This document shows, piece by piece, positions 21,901 to 30,891 of a DNA stretch of 64,000 bases (the stretch's first letter is position 1; the number at the start of each line of letters is the position of its first letter). The translations under genes were made by a program, and so were the position numbers. The stretch lies in the NCBI GenBank assembly GCA_033852155.1, contig JAWSVA010000014.1, positions 101,393 through 165,392 of the forward strand, given 5' to 3'. The notes beneath the pieces were generated by a model. That model was given only the letters and a program-made list of their open reading frames with translations. It had not been told where the DNA came from and made no database searches. This DNA is from Gammaproteobacteria bacterium (lineage in GTDB: Bacteria; Pseudomonadota; Gammaproteobacteria; QZLD01).

Positions 21901-22113
21901 GTAGGCCTCTACTCGTGCAGATTCGGGGAGTGTGGAATTCAGTTTTTTAAGAGACTGTTTAAAATGGTTTTCTAAGATTATTGAAGATAAGTTTTCACGC
22001 TGTGGATTATCGCTAATTGGTGAAATATCTGTACCGTTAAAATACGTATAACCTTGACTAACTAATTGGACAATTAAAGATTGTTCTATGGTATTTTCGT
22101 TTAATGTATTCAT
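18976..22113 (-). CDS. hsdR: Type I restriction enzyme R subunit (HsdR)
   Basis: 1045 aa. HsdR N-terminal nuclease region, SF2 helicase motifs (GSGKS Walker A, DEAHRSQ motif II), C-terminal HsdR-C region. Last gene of the hsdM-hsdS-x-hsdR operon. Confidence 0.95.
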   Translation of the reverse strand: MNTLNENTIEQSLIVQLVSQGYTYFNGTDISPISDNPQRENLSSIILENHFKQSLKKLNSTLPESARVEAYQKVINLGTEDVMENNERFHTLLTNGVTVEYTKDGRTKGINVNLLDIENPENNSFWVVNQLVVKENNNEKRFDVVIFINGLPLVFIELKSASDEKATLRKAYTQIQNYKKAVPSIFYYNAICVISDGIDASTSSVSSPFTRYLSWKSPENIKGEVRTELQILTEHLLNKKTLIELIRYCTVFEQEEKKDEKTGLISQVKIKKVAAYHQYYSVQKAVKQTLRATHSKDGDRKIGVIWHTQGSGKSLSMVFYSGQIITHPQMGNPTIVMLTDRNDLDDQLFGIFGNCVGLLRQTPVQANNRVHIKELLKVSGGGVIFTTIQKFAPAEGNVYETLSDRTNIVVVADEAHRSQYGFTAREVETEKGMETRYGNAKYLRDALPNASYIGFTGTPIEKEDKSTPAVFGNYIDVYDIKQAVDDGATVPISYESRLVKIKLNEKTAKALDDEINNIADATEEQLENAKKKTTTIDAVVGHPDRLKDVAKDIVMHFEARQEVFEGKAMIVGMTRNICVKLYNEIIALKPEWHNDDLDKGMIKVIMTSSSDDPELFQPHHTTKQQRKDLATRMKDTNDDLKLVIVRDMWLTGFDAPSTHTMYVDKKMQGHNLMQAIARVNRVYKDKPGGLVVDYFGVGQDLRNAMATYLQSGGEGEPVVDIKEAIAGMKEKFEIIEQMFNSFDYKAYFNVDTAQKLQVLLGAQNFILSDIRLKERFLKEVTLLSKLFAMSIPSPDAEAIKDEISFFQAIKARLNKFTGNGVKSDYEVETAIKQIVDDALSSEGVIDIFEAAGIESPSVSILSNEFLLEVKNMQQKHVAFELLKKLLSDEVSIRKTKNLVQGKKFSEMLESVVKRYHNNQIDSAQVLAELSEIAKDMRLEDHKSEELGLTSAEYAFYSVLSENKSTSFLDDNKMKELIHTIVDVIRKNATVDWSKRDDVRAKLRLTVKKILMRYGYPPDLAKLEADRVLAQGESLAEIFSTEKHSI

Positions 22114-22118
22114 AGGCC

Positions 22119-23129
22119 TTATTCAAAATTATCCTTTAAAAAATCAGCAACATCATTCTCTACAAGTTCACTTTTTGCTTTATAGAGTGTGCCTATAAAT
22201 TCTTTTACATCTTCATCTTTAATAATCCACCTGATCATTGCATTTGAAAATGATGCATATAAAATTTTAAGAATTTCATCATCAGAAAAGTAATTGATAA
22301 AAGGTAATAATTGCTCAATTGCATTATGGGTAGAGTCAAAATTTCCTGAAATGATAAGTTGTTCGATATTTTTCAAATAAAGTTCAGGTTTTGAAGTGCT
22401 TATAATTTCACCAGAATCTACTTCAATAATATATTCTTCACCTTCAGTTTTGATAAGTACATTTTGATTGTCATCAATGTTATGCCAGTATTCAACAATA
22501 TTGTCTTTAGTGATAACTACATCAAGTTCAGCATTTACTTTTTCTATAAAATAATCATCAAAGAATTGTGACACGCTTTTTTGTTTAAATTGTTCGTAGG
22601 TTTCTATTACAATAATATTGTGATGATTATTTAAAGCTTCTTTTAACCGACCATCTTTTGCACAAACAAACACATTCTTATTTGGTATTTCTTGTAGATA
22701 TTCAAGAACAGAGAAATAAATTAAAGCATCTTTAAAGCCTTTGTCGGTATTGTCTCCACTTTCAAAAGGGGCTTTTTTGTTTAAAGCTAATTCTTTAATT
22801 TGAGGAAGAACATCATTGTTTTTTAAATCGATCACCTCAAAAGGAATAGATTCGTCATCAAATAGTTTTTGAATATAATCCTCAATACTAAAAGCTTTTG
22901 TATCATCTTCATTAACACCAATTAACCCATGAAATGGGTTTGTTAAAAATTTATCTTTATTACTCGATAATTTTATTATTTTTTGCCTTTTAATTTCTTG
23001 AATTACCGTTTCTGGTATTACAATATCAGCATCTTGTAGAAAGCGTTCTAACTCCACTCTGCCACCTAAAAAATTATTGGCATTAGTGTTATGTACAATA
23101 TTGGTATCAAAGATTACTTTTTCTTTCAT
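22119..23129 (-). CDS. PIN-like domain protein (DUF4935-like) embedded between hsdS and hsdR; candidate defence accessory gene
   Basis: N-terminus KVIFDTNIV (PIN Asp-1 motif), TVIQEIK, TDKGFKDALIYFS and CAKDGRL supply the remaining acidic residues in PIN-like spacing. The C-terminal ~170 aa is an unknown domain. Overlaps hsdS (ATGA) and lies 6 nt from hsdR. Confidence 0.6.
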   Translation of the reverse strand: MKEKVIFDTNIVHNTNANNFLGGRVELERFLQDADIVIPETVIQEIKRQKIIKLSSNKDKFLTNPFHGLIGVNEDDTKAFSIEDYIQKLFDDESIPFEVIDLKNNDVLPQIKELALNKKAPFESGDNTDKGFKDALIYFSVLEYLQEIPNKNVFVCAKDGRLKEALNNHHNIIVIETYEQFKQKSVSQFFDDYFIEKVNAELDVVITKDNIVEYWHNIDDNQNVLIKTEGEEYIIEVDSGEIISTSKPELYLKNIEQLIISGNFDSTHNAIEQLLPFINYFSDDEILKILYASFSNAMIRWIIKDEDVKEFIGTLYKAKSELVENDVADFLKDNFE

Positions 23130-24322
23130 ACTTCATTCTCTTTAAAATCATTAACACGTAATTTCCCACTCATTAATTTTGGTAATAATGTATCTCGTGC
23201 TTGTTTTAGGGTTTGGATTTGGGTTGCATTGTTAAATATTTTATTGAATATTGGTTTAACTAGTTCATCAAAGTTTTTCATTACTGACTCTGAAGGAATT
23301 AACGTTTCGTAGAATCTTAAAATATCTGTTTTCAAATTTACAAATACGCTTCCACTTCCTTGTTGAACTAACTTAGGTCTTATATCAAGAAACAGTAAGT
23401 AGAGGTATTCATTTGATACTTTTGAACTTGGGAAATGCATCCAACCATCATGGACACATGTATCAACAGCTAAAAATTTTGGCATTCCAGGTGTAGCACT
23501 ATTTGACAAAACTATATCGCCTTTCTTTTTAAGTATTGTTTTTCTTAAACCTTCAACTTTTATATGCTCCTTTATATCAAATATATAAGGAGAGCTAGTT
23601 GCTGTAGCATCAGAAATTTTCAACCATCTATATCCACAATCTGAGATAAACTCTTTTATAGGCCGTGGTGAACCACCACGTTTTATTTCTGTCAAATCAC
23701 CAATTTTCCCAACTCTCCATCCATCAGGAAATTCATCACCAATTTGGTATTTACCAAACCACTCTTTAAAAATAGTTTGTGCGGTGGTTTCTAGGGTTTT
23801 GTTTTGGGCTTGTAGGAGTTCTATCTTATCATCAAAAGATGTTAGTACGGCGGCTATGGCTTTTTGTTCTGGTAATGATGGAAGATTAATTTCAATATTC
23901 TCTAATTGATTTTTTGAAATATTTGGAAAAGTAGAACCTGTTGCTTCCGCTAATAAACCTTGTAATTTATAATCTAAAATACCTTTTATGTATTTTCTAA
24001 ATTCCACCCCTTCTTTGTGTCTAACACTTGCAAGTCCTCTACCAATAACATATTGTTGATTAGACCAATTCATTCTGCCTGTTGTAGAGCCTCTAACACA
24101 AAAAAGTAAATCGTTTATTTTGCTTATCTTTTTAGGAGCAGTGGTAAACTGTACAGGGATTGGTGATGTTACTCCAAATTCAGTAGGTCCATTCAATAGT
24201 GGTAATCCCGTTCCATTCTCATTACAAGTATCACCTTTGGGAGATTGTCCCATAATTATCTCAGAAACCTCTCCCAGGGTCGTTTTCACCCAACCATTTG
24301 GTATATTATTCGCAACATTCAT
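23126..24322 (-). CDS. hsdS: Type I restriction-modification specificity subunit (HsdS), two target-recognition domains
   Basis: 398 aa with duplicated TRD/conserved-region layout (LPSLPEQKAIAAVL central repeat, C-terminal LKQARDTLLPKLMSG); overlaps hsdM. Confidence 0.9.
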   Translation of the reverse strand: MNVANNIPNGWVKTTLGEVSEIIMGQSPKGDTCNENGTGLPLLNGPTEFGVTSPIPVQFTTAPKKISKINDLLFCVRGSTTGRMNWSNQQYVIGRGLASVRHKEGVEFRKYIKGILDYKLQGLLAEATGSTFPNISKNQLENIEINLPSLPEQKAIAAVLTSFDDKIELLQAQNKTLETTAQTIFKEWFGKYQIGDEFPDGWRVGKIGDLTEIKRGGSPRPIKEFISDCGYRWLKISDATATSSPYIFDIKEHIKVEGLRKTILKKKGDIVLSNSATPGMPKFLAVDTCVHDGWMHFPSSKVSNEYLYLLFLDIRPKLVQQGSGSVFVNLKTDILRFYETLIPSESVMKNFDELVKPIFNKIFNNATQIQTLKQARDTLLPKLMSGKLRVNDFKENEV

Positions 24323-25827
24323 AAACTAAACCCAATTTTAGAAAGTTGCGTTTCAATTTCTAGGTTAAGCTCTGTTTCTTTAGCTATTTGTTGTTTTAAA
24401 ATGGTTGTTAAATCCTTCATTTTGATCTCAAAATGTATTCCGTCATCTTCTTCATCAGGTATACCAACATATCGTCCAGGTGTTAAAATGTGAGAGTGCT
24501 TTTCGATGTCTTCAACTGTGGCGGATTTACAGAAGCCTTTAACGTTTTCGTAGTTTTCACCTGTACGCCAATTATGGTAAGTATCGGTGATTTTATTAAT
24601 ATCATCATCTGCTAAATCACGGTGTACACGGTCTTTCATAAAACCCATTTCAGAAGCATCAATAAATAACACCTCTTTGCTGTGGCTGTTTTTCTCTCTA
24701 CGCAAAAACCAAATACAAGCAGGAATACCTGTGTTGTAAAATAGTTGTTTTGGTAAAGCTACAATACATTCTATCAGATCATTTTCTACTAAATTTTTAC
24801 GAATATCGCCTTCACCAGATGTATTGGAACTTAAAGAACCATTAGACAAAACAGTAGCCATTACACCTTTTGGTGCTAAGTGATACAACATATGCTGCAT
24901 CCAACCAAAATTGGCGTTTCCGTTTGGTGGTGTGCCATATTTCCAACGTCCATCTTCTTGTAGAATATCAACGCCCCATTCTTTTTGGTTAAAAGGGGGA
25001 TTGGCTAAAATATAATCGGCTTTTAAATCTGGATGAGCATCTTTTAAGAAAGAACCTTCTGTATTCCAGGCCACAAATTTTGAGTTGATATTACGAATTG
25101 CCAAGTTCATTCTAGAAAGCTTCCAAGTAGTTTGGTTACTCTCTTGTCCGTAAACAGTAATATCTTTTATGCTACCGCTGTGTTCGGTTACAAACTTCTC
25201 ACTCATTACAAACATTCCACCACTACCACTTGCAGGATCATAAACTCTGCCTTTATATGGTTCTATCATTTCTACCATTAGCTTTACAATGGCTTTAGGT
25301 GTGTAGAATTGTCCGCCCTTTTTCCCTTCGGCATTGGCAAATTCGCCCAAGAAATATTCATATACGCGACCAAAAAGGTCTTTTGAGTTTTCGTTTTCTG
25401 CTTGGAGTTCAGTATTGGAGATTAGGTCGATAAGTTCGCCCAAAGAAGTTTTATCTAAGTTGGCTTTCCCATAAACCTGTGGTAGAACATTTTTAAGCTC
25501 TTTATTCTCTTTTTCTATGGCTTCCATTGCTTCATCAATGGATTGCCCGACAGTCGGCAGTTTTGCTTGAGAGTGGATATGGCTCCAACGCGCTAGTTTA
25601 GGTACAAAAAAGACATTCTCGGCTATGTATTCATCTCTATCTTCTGGGCTGCTCCATTCGTCAGCTTCCAATTTATTGTAGAGTTCGGTAAATGATTCAG
25701 AAATATATTTAAGAAATACCAAACCAAGTACTACGTGTTTGTATTCAGCAGCATCAATATTCTTTCTGAGTTTATCCGCTGCTTTAAATAGTTTTTGTTC
25801 AAAACTACTATTATCTATTTTTGCCAC
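24319..25827 (-). CDS. hsdM: Type I restriction-modification N6-adenine DNA methyltransferase subunit (HsdM)
   Basis: HsdM N-terminal domain. AdoMet motif I (VYDPASGSGGMF) and catalytic motif IV LANPPFN. Confidence 0.95.
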   Translation of the reverse strand: MAKIDNSSFEQKLFKAADKLRKNIDAAEYKHVVLGLVFLKYISESFTELYNKLEADEWSSPEDRDEYIAENVFFVPKLARWSHIHSQAKLPTVGQSIDEAMEAIEKENKELKNVLPQVYGKANLDKTSLGELIDLISNTELQAENENSKDLFGRVYEYFLGEFANAEGKKGGQFYTPKAIVKLMVEMIEPYKGRVYDPASGSGGMFVMSEKFVTEHSGSIKDITVYGQESNQTTWKLSRMNLAIRNINSKFVAWNTEGSFLKDAHPDLKADYILANPPFNQKEWGVDILQEDGRWKYGTPPNGNANFGWMQHMLYHLAPKGVMATVLSNGSLSSNTSGEGDIRKNLVENDLIECIVALPKQLFYNTGIPACIWFLRREKNSHSKEVLFIDASEMGFMKDRVHRDLADDDINKITDTYHNWRTGENYENVKGFCKSATVEDIEKHSHILTPGRYVGIPDEEDDGIHFEIKMKDLTTILKQQIAKETELNLEIETQLSKIGFSL

Positions 25828-26412
25828 TTATATTTCCTTTATCGTGCTTATTTTTTACTTTGCAACTATTGCAATATACAAACGGAAAACCGCTCTCAGC
25901 TTGGAGTCCAGTGCCGAAGGCATGATGGTTAACTGCATGAAACTAAGCCTATATGAGAGTTTACAACGGCTCTAGTGATTTTAAATACACGCTGCAACGA
26001 TATCCTTCTCTATATATGTAATCAGGAAAAGGTTCATTTTGAGTTTCTATGAATTCTGTGATGTTCTTACTCATGCTGCTTACTTATAACTAATATTTAG
26101 GGACGATAGTTAAGTCTTAAATCAAGAACAGCTCTACATTGAAGCTTGATTCAATCATCCATGATAATCGGTTTGTAGTATTACACATTTCTTAGTTATC
26201 GACTAGGATACTCTACCCGCTTGATAGCAGGTGTTGTTAGTTTTGCTAAAGAATATGCAGTTTCAATAACCTGATTCAAAAAACGTTGATTGTACAGACG
26301 ACAATAAATCTAGCTGGACGCTATTTTCAGTTTACACATTGATTTTAAAGGGAGGAATTGAATTTTACTGGAAGTGTTTAGAGTTGTTTGGAGGTATTTT
26401 TGGAGGTATTTA

Positions 26413-26500
26413 TGGCGGACAGGGAGGGATTCGAACCCTCGGTACGTTACCGTACACACACTTTCCAGGCGTGCTCTTTCGGCCACTCAGACACCTGTCC
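26413..26500 (-). tRNA. tRNA-Ser (anticodon GGA), class II with long variable arm, CCA encoded
   Basis: Reverse complement folds as GGACAGG-TG-...-CACGC-CU[GGA]AA-GUGUG-long variable arm (UGUACGGUAACGUACC)-GAGGG-TTCGAAT-CCCTC-CCTGTCC-G-CCA. Its 3' end faces the hsd block. Confidence 0.9.
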
Positions 26501-26762
26501 ACAAGGGGTGCAAGATTAAACCAGTTTGGTAATTGGTGCAATAGATATTAAGGGTTGATTGATTATTTTATGCGTGACTATTTTGATAAGCGGTTGCCTG
26601 AAAACATTTAGATACCACTCGTCCTGTTTTTATTACCGAACACTCAATATTGTAAATAACAAGTCTATTGGTCTATTGCGGATAAATTTTAAATTGAATA
26701 TGCTTGATTCAAATGGAGCACATTTTTAGAAAAGGGAACTGTATGCTGATGTAGGAGAGAAA

Positions 26763-27458
26763 ATGGTTCTTCAATATGATTGTTCATCAAATGATGTTAT
26801 TTCATTGATTGAAAATGCAAATAAGGATGAGAGATCTTGTTTGCTACGCTCATTAGGGATTGAAGAGGACATCACAAAGGATTTTAGTGAGACCATATTC
26901 AGCACACTAAGCAGGGAAGCTAGTCATTCTATAGGGAGGTTGGTGAGAAGGGGAAACGGAATTCCTTACTGGATGGTTGTTCATAACACAGCTAAATTTC
27001 TTAAAGCCAATTCCTATGAACGCGACGAAAGTTGGGTTCAGCGTAATTACCAAATTCTGGAGCGTAATATTTTTGATATGGTATTTCGCACTTTTTTATA
27101 CTCAATTCCAGAAGAAAAACGTGAAAAATTGGAAGATAGTTTATCAACAGTTGGCAACACTCTATTACGCTCCACGGATAAGAATAACTCCCAAGTTGCT
27201 GCTGTCTCATCTCTTGGGTTGGGCAGTACATCACTACTAGCGATTATCGGCAGTTCTATTGGTCCAACTATCGCACCTCTTTGGCTTTTAGCATTGAGTG
27301 CGCTCACGGTTAAAAGGTATAAGGCCTCTAAATATATAAAAATAATTCCATTTATATCTGTCATTGCATCAATACGCCAAAGGCTTGAATCAAATGGCAT
27401 GGTTGATAGCGACTACCACTTGGAACAAGAACAAATCCAAGTTAGATCTGGTTTTTGA
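26763..27458 (+). CDS. Hypothetical protein with C-terminal pair of TM helices (231 aa)
   Basis: Soluble N-terminal ~150 aa, then LGLGSTSLLAIIGSSIGPTIAPLWLLALSALTV (two hydrophobic helices). No recognisable family. Confidence 0.5.
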   Translation: MVLQYDCSSNDVISLIENANKDERSCLLRSLGIEEDITKDFSETIFSTLSREASHSIGRLVRRGNGIPYWMVVHNTAKFLKANSYERDESWVQRNYQILERNIFDMVFRTFLYSIPEEKREKLEDSLSTVGNTLLRSTDKNNSQVAAVSSLGLGSTSLLAIIGSSIGPTIAPLWLLALSALTVKRYKASKYIKIIPFISVIASIRQRLESNGMVDSDYHLEQEQIQVRSGF

Positions 27459-27470
27459 TTAAGGAATAAT

Positions 27471-28175
27471 ATGCAATTAGCAAACTTACGCGTCCCTAAA
27501 TTTAATAATGATTCAATTCGAGAAGAGTTACGCGGGGTATTACTTGAAAAAGCACCAATAATGATGCAGAACAGTAAAAATTTAGCGGATGAGTTGCTAG
27601 GATGTATTGGCGTAATGGTTGGTGCGGATGGAGAGCTATGTAATATAATTGCCCGCCAAATTAGAAGAAACTTTCATAAATCATGGTCACAACTATGTGC
27701 AGAAGAGTGGATGATGTTTGATGAATTACAGCCATCTTCATCTAAATATTTAAGGGATATAATAAAGGTAAATATTAAGAATAAATTTGCCAAGTTTTTT
27801 GTAGTTCAGGATAACTTCTATTCACCTATTAAGAATAACTTTTTATGCCACATAATCGATACCCTATGTGGAGCTGTAGGCAGCATAGAGACAAGATTTG
27901 GAGGGGATACCCCTCTGATTGAGACTATAAATTATATTAAAAATGGGGATATTCGCGAAGCGGTAAATCAGTTATTACTTGCGTATGATTTATATGGAGA
28001 GGTTTTAGAAACAGAGTGTTGCAAAGAGCAGCTCATCGACGAAATTGATTATCAAATCAAAGCAACAGATGAACTGCAGCAGCATGAATCAGTTTTCGCA
28101 CAGGGAGCTTCAGTGCGATATAGGAAGACCTTGAAGGATCTGAGGTCAAGACTTGAAGTCTTGCAGGGAAATTAA
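27471..28175 (+). CDS. Hypothetical protein (234 aa), operonic with the preceding gene
   Basis: 12-nt gap from the upstream ORF; no recognisable domain; several Cys (CAEEW, CHIIDTLCGAVG, ECCKEQ). Confidence 0.5.
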   Translation: MQLANLRVPKFNNDSIREELRGVLLEKAPIMMQNSKNLADELLGCIGVMVGADGELCNIIARQIRRNFHKSWSQLCAEEWMMFDELQPSSSKYLRDIIKVNIKNKFAKFFVVQDNFYSPIKNNFLCHIIDTLCGAVGSIETRFGGDTPLIETINYIKNGDIREAVNQLLLAYDLYGEVLETECCKEQLIDEIDYQIKATDELQQHESVFAQGASVRYRKTLKDLRSRLEVLQGN

Positions 28176-28227
28176 CCCGACTTAGTTTCGCATAATAAGT
28201 GAAATCTCAATCGGGGCTACAACAAAT

Positions 28228-28267
28228 ACGGCCTGTACTTACTCTTAAAGAGACTAGTGCAGGCCGT
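28228..28267. terminator. Hairpin between convergent genes (putative bidirectional terminator)
   Basis: ACGGCCTG ... CAGGCCGT 8-bp stem with an internal CTCTTaAAGAG sub-hairpin; T-rich flank. Confidence 0.4.
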
Positions 28268-28306
28268 TAATTATTTTCAGCCTCATTTACAGCGAAGTTA
28301 TATCAG

Positions 28307-28963
28307 TTAAAAAGAAAAGTTAACCAATCCATTGGTGAAAATATAGATTCCAAATACAATTAATATTCCGCCACTTATGCTATTAACAGCTATGGGATGC
28401 TTATTTATCACCTGAATCTTTTGACGGAAGAATTGGGTTGAGTATCCTGCAATTAGAATTGGGATAGAGAAACCAAGAGCGTAAATTGCCAACAGAATAA
28501 CCCCGTAGTATAAGCTCCCCTCTGCTGCTACTTTGGCAAATACACTAGATAACGTTGGTCCAACACATGGAATCCATATTATTCCTAAAGAGAGTCCTAG
28601 AAAAAAACCCGAGAAATACCCTGAGCTTTTTGTTTGTATATTTGATAAAAAACCCAATTTTATAAATGGATTTACCCCAATAATCATTAGAAAACCAAAT
28701 AAGCTAATTACTATACCGGAAGCTTTTTCTAAAAAAACAGTATTCCCCATCAATAGATGGAAAAAAACACTGCTAATAACCCCCATGATAATAAAACTAA
28801 TGGATAACCCAGCCACTATTAAAAGTGGGCGGTGTTTGCTGTCTTCACCTGTTCCTGTCGCGATTATAGGAAGAACAGGCAATACACAGGGAGAAGCTAC
28901 ACTCACCGCTCCAGCACCAAAAGCAAATAAAAGATCAATTATTTGAATACCCATTTTACTCAA
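28307..28963 (-). CDS. ccdA: CcdA/DsbD-family thiol:disulfide interchange membrane protein (cytochrome c biogenesis CcdA-like)
   Basis: Six TM helices with the two conserved membrane Cys motifs ASPCVLPVLP and WIPCVGPTLS. Confidence 0.85.
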   Translation of the reverse strand: MSKMGIQIIDLLFAFGAGAVSVASPCVLPVLPIIATGTGEDSKHRPLLIVAGLSISFIIMGVISSVFFHLLMGNTVFLEKASGIVISLFGFLMIIGVNPFIKLGFLSNIQTKSSGYFSGFFLGLSLGIIWIPCVGPTLSSVFAKVAAEGSLYYGVILLAIYALGFSIPILIAGYSTQFFRQKIQVINKHPIAVNSISGGILIVFGIYIFTNGLVNFSF

Positions 28964-28971
28964 TATCTCCT

Positions 28972-29394
28972 TTATAAGGATTTAAGAGCTGTAAGAATCT
29001 CATCTGCATCTCTTATTCCAGGAGGGAAAGATTTTGATATCTCACCGTTTGAATCAAGAAGGATTAAAGATGGTAATCTGCGAACACCATACCGATTAAA
29101 GGTAAACCTGCTCATAGCATCTGTTGTAGCAATATAGTTAACATCTGCCATATCTGAAATTGTAGCCATACTCTGCTTTATAATTTTATCCTGCTGTTGG
29201 CATGGAGATCCATTTGGGTTAAGGAAAAACAGCAGTGTACCCTTGCTTTGTTTTACTTCGCTAACTGCGGCCTGCTCTACTTTGGGCTGTGCTTCTTTAG
29301 CTGCTTTTGTAGTTGATTTATTATCATCTTGCGCAAATAAAGTAGTTGTAGTTAAGGCCAAAAACAATATGGCCAATATTCTTATAGCTTTCAT
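28972..29394 (-). CDS. Periplasmic thioredoxin-fold protein (non-canonical single-Cys SPC motif)
   Basis: Signal peptide MKAIRILAILFLALTTTTLFA. Thioredoxin-like length. Motif LLFFLNPNGSPCQQQ sits at the position of the CxxC motif. Located 9 nt downstream of ccdA. Confidence 0.5.
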   Translation of the reverse strand: MKAIRILAILFLALTTTTLFAQDDNKSTTKAAKEAQPKVEQAAVSEVKQSKGTLLFFLNPNGSPCQQQDKIIKQSMATISDMADVNYIATTDAMSRFTFNRYGVRRLPSLILLDSNGEISKSFPPGIRDADEILTALKSL

Positions 29395-29559
29395 AGGTTT
29401 CCTTCTTGTTTTTTAGTTTTATCAAGCAACATTATGTAACAATATCACTTATTAAAATTAATTTCTATAGCAAGTTAGTGGGTTATTAGGTTAATGGGGG
29501 AATAATCAAACCCTGTATCCCGCAAATGTATGTGGTTTCTCTCTAAACGTTAATCCAGA

Positions 29560-30396
29560 TTAAAGTGTAATTCTCATACCAGAAAAGCCAGGATTCACAA
29601 TCGATCCAAGTTCTTCTTGCAGCCTCCGCACCACTTCAAACCCTGTGCAATGACAAGGTACTATTTTATTAACTTTATATTTTCTAAATGCCTCGATTGT
29701 ATGATTCACTCTTTCATCTGAAGCTGCATTAAGGTGCAGCCCACCAATCACCATATAGATGTTTTTATCAAACAGTTGGCTTACATAATCAAGGGTATTA
29801 ATTACCCCTGAATGACAGCAGCCAGTTATTAACACTATTCCTAAGTCGGTTTTAATACAAAGAGATTGGTCATCAAAAATCAGATCTTTGTTTAACTTCT
29901 TATCATCAAGATAAAAAGGTCCGCCAGTATCTTCTAATCTATTTATTCGCGGAATCTCACCTGTGGTAAAAATATTGTCTGCAATTTCCATAGGTTGTTT
30001 CGATAGAAAGATCTGATCTTGTGATAACTTTTCAATTGCTCTTTTTTGGTCACAACTTATAGAGATATTCTTAGGAGATTTTCCTGCATGGATACTAAAA
30101 CGTTGCTGTACAATATCTGGATGAGCATAAACCATTATAGAGTCTGCTCCATTTACAATATCTTTTATTGACCCGGTATGGTCGTAATGACCATGACTTA
30201 ATACCAGTTTAGTTATCTGATTTAACGAAAGTCCAAGGCGGGACAAATTCTTTAAAAATATCTCACCTTGCCCGCAATCAAAGATAATGGTCTCATCATC
30301 ATTTTCGATACATGCAGAAAAACCATGTTCTGATTTAAAGCCCTCTGCAGCTTCATTATCAACAACAATACTGACCTTAAAATTATCTGCATTCAT
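29560..30396 (-). CDS. MBL-fold metallo-hydrolase
   Basis: HGHYDHTG metal-binding motif (HxHxDH), 278 aa. Confidence 0.8.
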   Translation of the reverse strand: MNADNFKVSIVVDNEAAEGFKSEHGFSACIENDDETIIFDCGQGEIFLKNLSRLGLSLNQITKLVLSHGHYDHTGSIKDIVNGADSIMVYAHPDIVQQRFSIHAGKSPKNISISCDQKRAIEKLSQDQIFLSKQPMEIADNIFTTGEIPRINRLEDTGGPFYLDDKKLNKDLIFDDQSLCIKTDLGIVLITGCCHSGVINTLDYVSQLFDKNIYMVIGGLHLNAASDERVNHTIEAFRKYKVNKIVPCHCTGFEVVRRLQEELGSIVNPGFSGMRITL

Positions 30397-30519
30397 TTTC
30401 TCAAGAACCTATGTTTCTTCACTGCTATCCGAGGAAATCCAAAAACAAGATGACTAAGCCTTTCGGCCTTGGTTTATCTTGAAAATTAAGTGTAATAATA
30501 ACTAAGCCTGTTAGTAATA

Positions 30520-30858
30520 CTAATGGTCACAACCATTAGCGCCAGATGTTAGCGTTTTATCCATAAGAGACTTGACTAAATTTTCTGGGGTTTTAATTGG
30601 TGCTCCAACAATAACATTGATATTTTTAGCCGAGAATAACTCCTGTGCCTTTTGACCCATTCCTCCGGCAATTATTGTATTAACATTTCTCTCTGCTAAC
30701 CAACGAGGAAGCAGTCCTGGTTCATGCGGTGGAGCATCAACCATTTGCTCATTAATTATTAGATCATTATCTGTATCTACTTCGATCAAGGCGAATTGCT
30801 TACAGTGACCAAAATGGATACTCAACTGCCCTTCATGTACTGGTATTGCTACTATCAT
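30520..30858 (-). CDS. NifB/NifX/NafY-like 'dinitrogenase iron-molybdenum cofactor' domain protein
   Basis: MIVAIPVHEGQLSIHFGHCKQFALIEV ... IIAGGMG is the canonical layout of this small domain family (PF02579-like). Confidence 0.75.
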   Translation of the reverse strand: MIVAIPVHEGQLSIHFGHCKQFALIEVDTDNDLIINEQMVDAPPHEPGLLPRWLAERNVNTIIAGGMGQKAQELFSAKNINVIVGAPIKTPENLVKSLMDKTLTSGANGCDH

Positions 30859-30891
30859 AATTATCTCCTATTTGATAATTCTCGGTTTCAA

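Noticed and set aside
26339-26551. 70-aa plus-strand ORF (MILKGGIEFYWK...)
   Set aside because: It reads through the tRNA-Ser gene on the opposite strand; the tRNA fold is far better support than this ORF.
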